Of a stretch of 39,550 nt of DNA, positions 35,107-39,550 are shown piece after piece. Position 1 is the first letter of the stretch; the number at the start of each line of letters is the position of its first letter. The stretch covers positions 1 through 39,550 of the forward strand of contig CAVCDT010000004.1 of NCBI GenBank assembly GCA_963600995.1, read 5' to 3'. This DNA is from Akkermansia muciniphila. Its GTDB lineage: Bacteria > Actinomycetota > Coriobacteriia > Coriobacteriales > QAMH01. The notes under the pieces were generated by a model, which worked only from the letters and a program-made list of their open reading frames with translations, ran no database searches and had not been told where the DNA came from. The translations under genes were made by a program, and so were the position numbers.

Positions 35107-36891
35107 ATGGCTATGCAGCGAAGCGATATAGACGAGAAGTACACCTGGGACCTGAGCAGCATGTTCGAAAGCGATGAGTCCTTTGCGGCGGCGCTCGAGG
35201 CTGCCAAGGTTTACCCGGAGCGCTATCTGCAATATAAGGGGACGCTCGACAATGCCAGTCGGCTGCTCGAGTTCTTCCGCTTTGACGACGAGTGCGACAT
35301 CGCGATAGGCAAGCTCTGCAACTATGCTGCGCGCAAGTCGGATCAAGACACACGCGATTCCAAGTACCAGAGCATGCAGGCGCAGTGCGAGAGTCTTCTG
35401 GTCGAGCTCATGCAGGCAAGCTCGTGGCTATCCGGTGAGCTCATCGCCATCGGGCCGGATAGGATGGAGGAGCATTATGCTTCCCAGCCCGCGCTCGAGC
35501 TGTACCGCAGGTCGATGGAGCGCGTGTTCCGCAAAGCGCCGCACGTGCTCGCCCCCGACCAAGAGAAGCTCTTGGCGGCAGCGCAGGACATGGCGGGTAA
35601 CCCGGAGAATACCTTCAGCATGCTCAACGACGCGGATATGTGCTTCGATGCAGCGCTCGATGCGCAAGGCGAGGCCCATCCTGTGACTCACGGCAGCTAT
35701 GTCCCGTTGCTCATGTCTCACGACAGGGTGTTGCGTAAGAACGCATATGATTCCCTCTATGCGGTGTACGGCCAGTTCAAGAACACCTCTGCGAGCATCC
35801 TTGCCGGTCAGGCAAAGCAGCTCAAGTTCTTTGCGGATGCGCGCAAGTACCAAAGCCCGCTTCAGGCCGCGCTTGATGCCAACGAGGTTCCCGTCGAGGT
35901 CTACACCAATCTGATTGACACAGTACGCGACAATATGTTGTCTCTTCATAAATACACGACACTGCGTCGTAAAGTCATGGGTCTCGACAAGCTGTGCTTC
36001 TGGGATCTCTACGTGCCCTTGGTGGATGACTTCACGATGAAGTTCACCTACGAGGAAGCCTGCGAGACCATCCTCGCGGCGCTCGCACCTATGGGCGAGG
36101 AGTATCTCGCCATCGTGCGCGAGGGTCTCGCTAATCGCTGGGTCGACGTCTTCGAGACGCCCGGCAAGCGCAGCGGCGCCTACAGCGCGGGCAGCTATGG
36201 CACCCATCCGGTCATTCTTATGAACTTCCAGGGCGAGCTCGACGATGTGTTCACCCTCATCCACGAGATGGGGCATAGCATCCACACGTACCTGAGCTGT
36301 AAGAACCAGCCGTCGTGTTACAGCGACTACGTCATCTTCGTGGCAGAGGTCGCCTCCACATGCAACGAGGCTCTGCTCATGAGCTACCTGCTCAGCCATG
36401 CTAAGTCCGATAGCGAGAAGGCGTATCTCCTCAACCACTTCTGCGAGCAGTTCCGCTCGACGTTGTACCGTCAGACGATGTTCGCGGAGTTCGAGCTTGC
36501 GGTCGAGAAGATGAACGCTGCAGGCGGTGGCCTGACTGCCGATGAGCTGTGCGAGCGTTACGCGCAGCTCAACCGCGACTATTTTGGCGACGATGTCGAG
36601 GTCGACGATAAGATCGCGCTCGAGTGGAGCCGTATCCCGCACTTTTATTACCGCTACTACGTCTACCAGTACGCCACCGGCTACGCTGCGGCCATCGCCT
36701 TGTCGCGCCGCATTCTCGAGGAGGGCAAGCCCGCTGTGGACGATTACCTGTGCTTCCTCTCTGGCGGATGCTCCAAGACCCCTATCGAGCTTCTGCGCAT
36801 CGCAGGCGTCGACATGGCTTCTCCAACGCCGATCAAGGAAGCTCTGGCGCTCTTCGATACGCTTATCGACGACCTGGCGCAACTGCTGTAG
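35107..36891 (+). CDS. pepF: Oligoendopeptidase F (M3B family)
   Basis: DEKYTWDLSSMF N-terminus, zinc motif HEMGHSIH, and a later E in VAEVASTCNE. 594 aa. ATG 35107 follows GAGAAAGGA. Confidence 0.92.
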   Translation: MAMQRSDIDEKYTWDLSSMFESDESFAAALEAAKVYPERYLQYKGTLDNASRLLEFFRFDDECDIAIGKLCNYAARKSDQDTRDSKYQSMQAQCESLLVELMQASSWLSGELIAIGPDRMEEHYASQPALELYRRSMERVFRKAPHVLAPDQEKLLAAAQDMAGNPENTFSMLNDADMCFDAALDAQGEAHPVTHGSYVPLLMSHDRVLRKNAYDSLYAVYGQFKNTSASILAGQAKQLKFFADARKYQSPLQAALDANEVPVEVYTNLIDTVRDNMLSLHKYTTLRRKVMGLDKLCFWDLYVPLVDDFTMKFTYEEACETILAALAPMGEEYLAIVREGLANRWVDVFETPGKRSGAYSAGSYGTHPVILMNFQGELDDVFTLIHEMGHSIHTYLSCKNQPSCYSDYVIFVAEVASTCNEALLMSYLLSHAKSDSEKAYLLNHFCEQFRSTLYRQTMFAEFELAVEKMNAAGGGLTADELCERYAQLNRDYFGDDVEVDDKIALEWSRIPHFYYRYYVYQYATGYAAAIALSRRILEEGKPAVDDYLCFLSGGCSKTPIELLRIAGVDMASPTPIKEALALFDTLIDDLAQLL

Positions 36892-36985
36892 CGGGCTTTT
36901 GCGCGCCGATGTCGGCAATGTTGCGCGGTGCTGCATCTGCTCTGACGTGCAAGCTTGCGCAAAGTCGCTGGCAGCAGGCAACAGA

Positions 36986-37027
36986 AAATGGGGTGCGTGC
37001 TTCTTGCACGCACCCCATTTGCGTTTT
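36986..37027. terminator. Bidirectional rho-independent terminator (pepF / aconitase-family gene)
   Basis: A perfect 15-bp stem, AAATGGGGTGCGTGC (36986-37000) with GCACGCACCCCATTT (37006-37020), and loop TTCTT. GCGTTTT follows downstream. Confidence 0.8.
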
Positions 37028-37044
37028 GAGGGAAGCCCCGTCTT

Positions 37045-39360
37045 CTAATCCTGCTGTGCCTTGCGGTTCCTGTTGTAGTTGATGAGGCATCCGGCCTTGA
37101 GGATCTCTTTCTCGGCGGATGTGAGGGCGGCGATGTAGAGCTCGATCGTAGCCTTGAGCTGGCCCTGCGTGTCGATGACGAGCGCCTCTATGCTGTCGAG
37201 TGCGGCCTCATCATCCTCGAGCAGCGCCCTGATGCCGGGTACGAACACGAAGTCGCCAACCTCGAACACATCGCAGTTGCCTTTGAGTTGGAAGGGGAGC
37301 ATGCCCCAGTTGATGCAGTTGGAGCGGTAGCGCTTGGTTGCGTACTCTTGCGTGATGTTGGCCAGACCGCCCAACACACGTTGGCAGCTCGCTGCCTGCT
37401 CGCGGGCGGAGCCGTCGCCGGGCTTGTTGGCGTAGAGCACGCTGCCTATCTCGATATCTGCGATGCCGAAACCCTTGTAGGCGTCCATGCTCGCGATGAG
37501 GGCAACTGCCTTGGTCGCAGGCTCGCACAAGGGCTCGCCGGCCAGGCGCTTGTGCTCCATGTTCTGGATGCGCTTGGCGCGCTCGACGTATTCCGGGTCG
37601 CGGCGGCTGAGCGTGAACTCGGCCAGGCCCAGGGGGTTCGAGCGGTAGCTCGAGGTCTCGCCGCTGGGGATGAGCTCGTCGGTGGTGGTCACCTCGTCCT
37701 CGATCTTGGAGGCCACCTTGAGCAGGATATGCTCTGCTAAGGGCTCTTGCTCGGGCCAGTCCTTGATGTTGGGGCCAAAGCGCAGCTCGCGCGAGGCGTC
37801 TGCCTTGCCAAAGCCCTGGTACAAGCGCGATTGGTAGCAGCGGTCGTCGTAGGAGTACTGCGGTACGTCGCCCCAGCAGTCGAGCTCTTCCGCGCTGGTG
37901 ATCACACCGCCGTTTGCCGCGGATGCGGCGATCGAGCGCGAGTCCATGAGGGCGACGGCGGCAAGCTGGCCGTTTCCGGGCTTGGAGCCCTCGCGGTTGG
38001 GGAAGTTGCGCGTGCAGTGGCGGATGGAGAGCGCGTTGTTGGCAGGGGTGTCGCCTGCGCCAAAGCACGGGCCGCAGAACGCCGCTTTGATGATAGCGCC
38101 GGCGTCCATGAGGTCGGCGAGCACGCCCTTGCGGTCGAGGTCGATGAAGATGGGCTGGCTGGAGGGGTAGACGCACAGGTAGAACTCGTCGTCGCCGGTG
38201 GATTTGCCGCGCAGCGCATGGGAGGCTTCGACGATGTTGGCGTACATGCCGCCCGCGCAGCCGGCGATGATGCCCTGCTGCGACTGCAGCTTGCCCTCGG
38301 GGGTGATCTTGTCGAGCAGTGTGAAGCTTGCTCGGCCGTCGGCGATCTGGGCAGCCGCCTTCTCTGTCTCGCGGCAGATGTCTTCGAGGTTGTCGTAGAG
38401 CTCATCGATGGTGTAGGCGTTGGAGGGATGGAAGGGCAGCGCGATCATCGGCCTGATCTGGCCGAGGTCGACTTCGACGCAGCCGTCGTAGTAGGCAATG
38501 CTCGCGGGGTTGAGCGGCTCGTAATCGTCAGCGCGGTTGTGCAGCGCCAGGTAGTCGCGCACGGAGTCGTCGGTGACCCAGATGCTCGACAGGCAGGTAG
38601 TCTCCGTGGTCATGACGTCGACGCCCATGCGGTACTCCGCGTCCATGCTCGACACGCCCGCGCCCACGAACTCCATGACGGCGTTTTTGACGTAGCCGCA
38701 CTTGAAGACGGCGGCGATGATCGCCAGCGCGACGTCTTGCGGGCCCACCCAGGGGGCGGGTTTGCCGCTGAGGTGGATGGCGATCACCTTGGGGTAGGCG
38801 ATGTCGTAGGTGTCGCGTAGGAGCTGCTTGACCAGCTCGCCGCCGCCCTCGCCGATGGCCATGGTGCCCAAGGCGCCGTAGCGCGTGTGGCTGTCGCTGC
38901 CCAAGATCATCTTGCCGCAGCCGGCGAACTTCTCGCGCATGAACTGGTGGATAACGGCCATATGGGGCGGGACGTAGATGCCGCCGTACTTCTTGGCGGC
39001 GGATAGCCCAAAGAGATGGTCGTCGTCGTTGATGGTGCCGCCTACGGCGCACAGGCTGTTGTGGCAGCAGGTGAGGGCATAGGGGAGGGGGAACCTGTCC
39101 ATGCCGCTGGCGCGTGCCGTCTGCACGATGCCTACGTAGGTGATGTCGTGGCTTGCCATGGCGTCGAAGCGGATTTTCAGGGCGTCCATAGAGCCGGACG
39201 TGTTGTGCGACTCGAGAATCTGGTAGGCGATGGTGCCCTTCCTTGCGGCCTCTTTGTCAGCCGGCTTGCCGCACAGCTGCTCGATGCGGGCGGCCTCGGT
39301 TTCATCTACGACGGTGTCGCCGTCGATAAGGTAGACGCCCTGCTCGTGCATCTCGATCAT
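37045..39360 (-). CDS. Aconitase-family Fe-S hydro-lyase (aconitate hydratase-like, ~770 aa form)
   Basis: Aconitase signatures [23 protein letters not shown] and [12 protein letters not shown] (cluster-ligand Cys region), plus a C-terminal swivel-like domain. Exact substrate is not determinable from the sequence. Confidence 0.85.
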   Translation of the reverse strand: MIEMHEQGVYLIDGDTVVDETEAARIEQLCGKPADKEAARKGTIAYQILESHNTSGSMDALKIRFDAMASHDITYVGIVQTARASGMDRFPLPYALTCCHNSLCAVGGTINDDDHLFGLSAAKKYGGIYVPPHMAVIHQFMREKFAGCGKMILGSDSHTRYGALGTMAIGEGGGELVKQLLRDTYDIAYPKVIAIHLSGKPAPWVGPQDVALAIIAAVFKCGYVKNAVMEFVGAGVSSMDAEYRMGVDVMTTETTCLSSIWVTDDSVRDYLALHNRADDYEPLNPASIAYYDGCVEVDLGQIRPMIALPFHPSNAYTIDELYDNLEDICRETEKAAAQIADGRASFTLLDKITPEGKLQSQQGIIAGCAGGMYANIVEASHALRGKSTGDDEFYLCVYPSSQPIFIDLDRKGVLADLMDAGAIIKAAFCGPCFGAGDTPANNALSIRHCTRNFPNREGSKPGNGQLAAVALMDSRSIAASAANGGVITSAEELDCWGDVPQYSYDDRCYQSRLYQGFGKADASRELRFGPNIKDWPEQEPLAEHILLKVASKIEDEVTTTDELIPSGETSSYRSNPLGLAEFTLSRRDPEYVERAKRIQNMEHKRLAGEPLCEPATKAVALIASMDAYKGFGIADIEIGSVLYANKPGDGSAREQAASCQRVLGGLANITQEYATKRYRSNCINWGMLPFQLKGNCDVFEVGDFVFVPGIRALLEDDEAALDSIEALVIDTQGQLKATIELYIAALTSAEKEILKAGCLINYNRNRKAQQD

Positions 39361-39550
39361 GAGATCCTCCTCGTAGGTTTTGCGATGGCTGCAATTGTAC
39401 GCGCCCGGCTTGAGGAGGCGTGTTGCCGATGCGTTTCGCGCTGGCTAGCGGGGCGAGGTCGCAAGCGGACTGCGATGAGGGGGTGGCAGGCGCCTCACGG
39501 ACGGCAGGATCGACGTCGGCCGCAAGGCGACCGCCAACCTCATGGCGGAG

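Noticed and set aside
39361-39550. Open reading frames at the right edge of the window, on both strands.
   Set aside because: They are too short, with Arg-rich, featureless translations and no recognisable motif. The region is likely the promoter/5' region of the aconitase-family gene, so it was left unannotated.

Overview
GC-rich, gene-dense chromosomal segment. Gene content and order suggest Actinomycetota, possibly Coriobacteriia-like; this is inference only. The left third (1-12 kb, + strand) is a conserved housekeeping block: rnj (5' partial), ftsK, a RodZ-like HTH membrane protein, yajQ, rimO, pgsA, recA, recX and rny. recA carries a CGAAC-N4-GTTCG LexA box inside its promoter. The rest mixes housekeeping genes with less characterised cargo. 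Housekeeping: a Ppx/GppA-family phosphatase, class I DAHP synthase, yhdT-panF, mnmA, murB, pepF and an aconitase-family enzyme. Less characterised: a stand-alone GHKL/HATPase protein after rny; a secreted L,D-transpeptidase with ChW-like repeats; an insulated orphan gene; a small protein translationally coupled to an MFS exporter; a flippase-like/GT2 pair; a TetR regulator with a long disordered tail; an orphan larE with a Nudix gene; and a three-gene Zn-ribbon / TPM / SPFH module. I recognised no rRNA, tRNA, CRISPR array, transposase, integrase or prophage gene. The best candidate for an under-described system is the PspA-less YdjG/H/I-type module at 28.4-31.9 kb. The orphan GHKL ATPase (12.3-13.4 kb) and the small-protein/MFS pair come next. 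Novelty cannot be shown from sequence alone. All family calls rest on motifs I can read in the translations, and several start codons are ambiguous.
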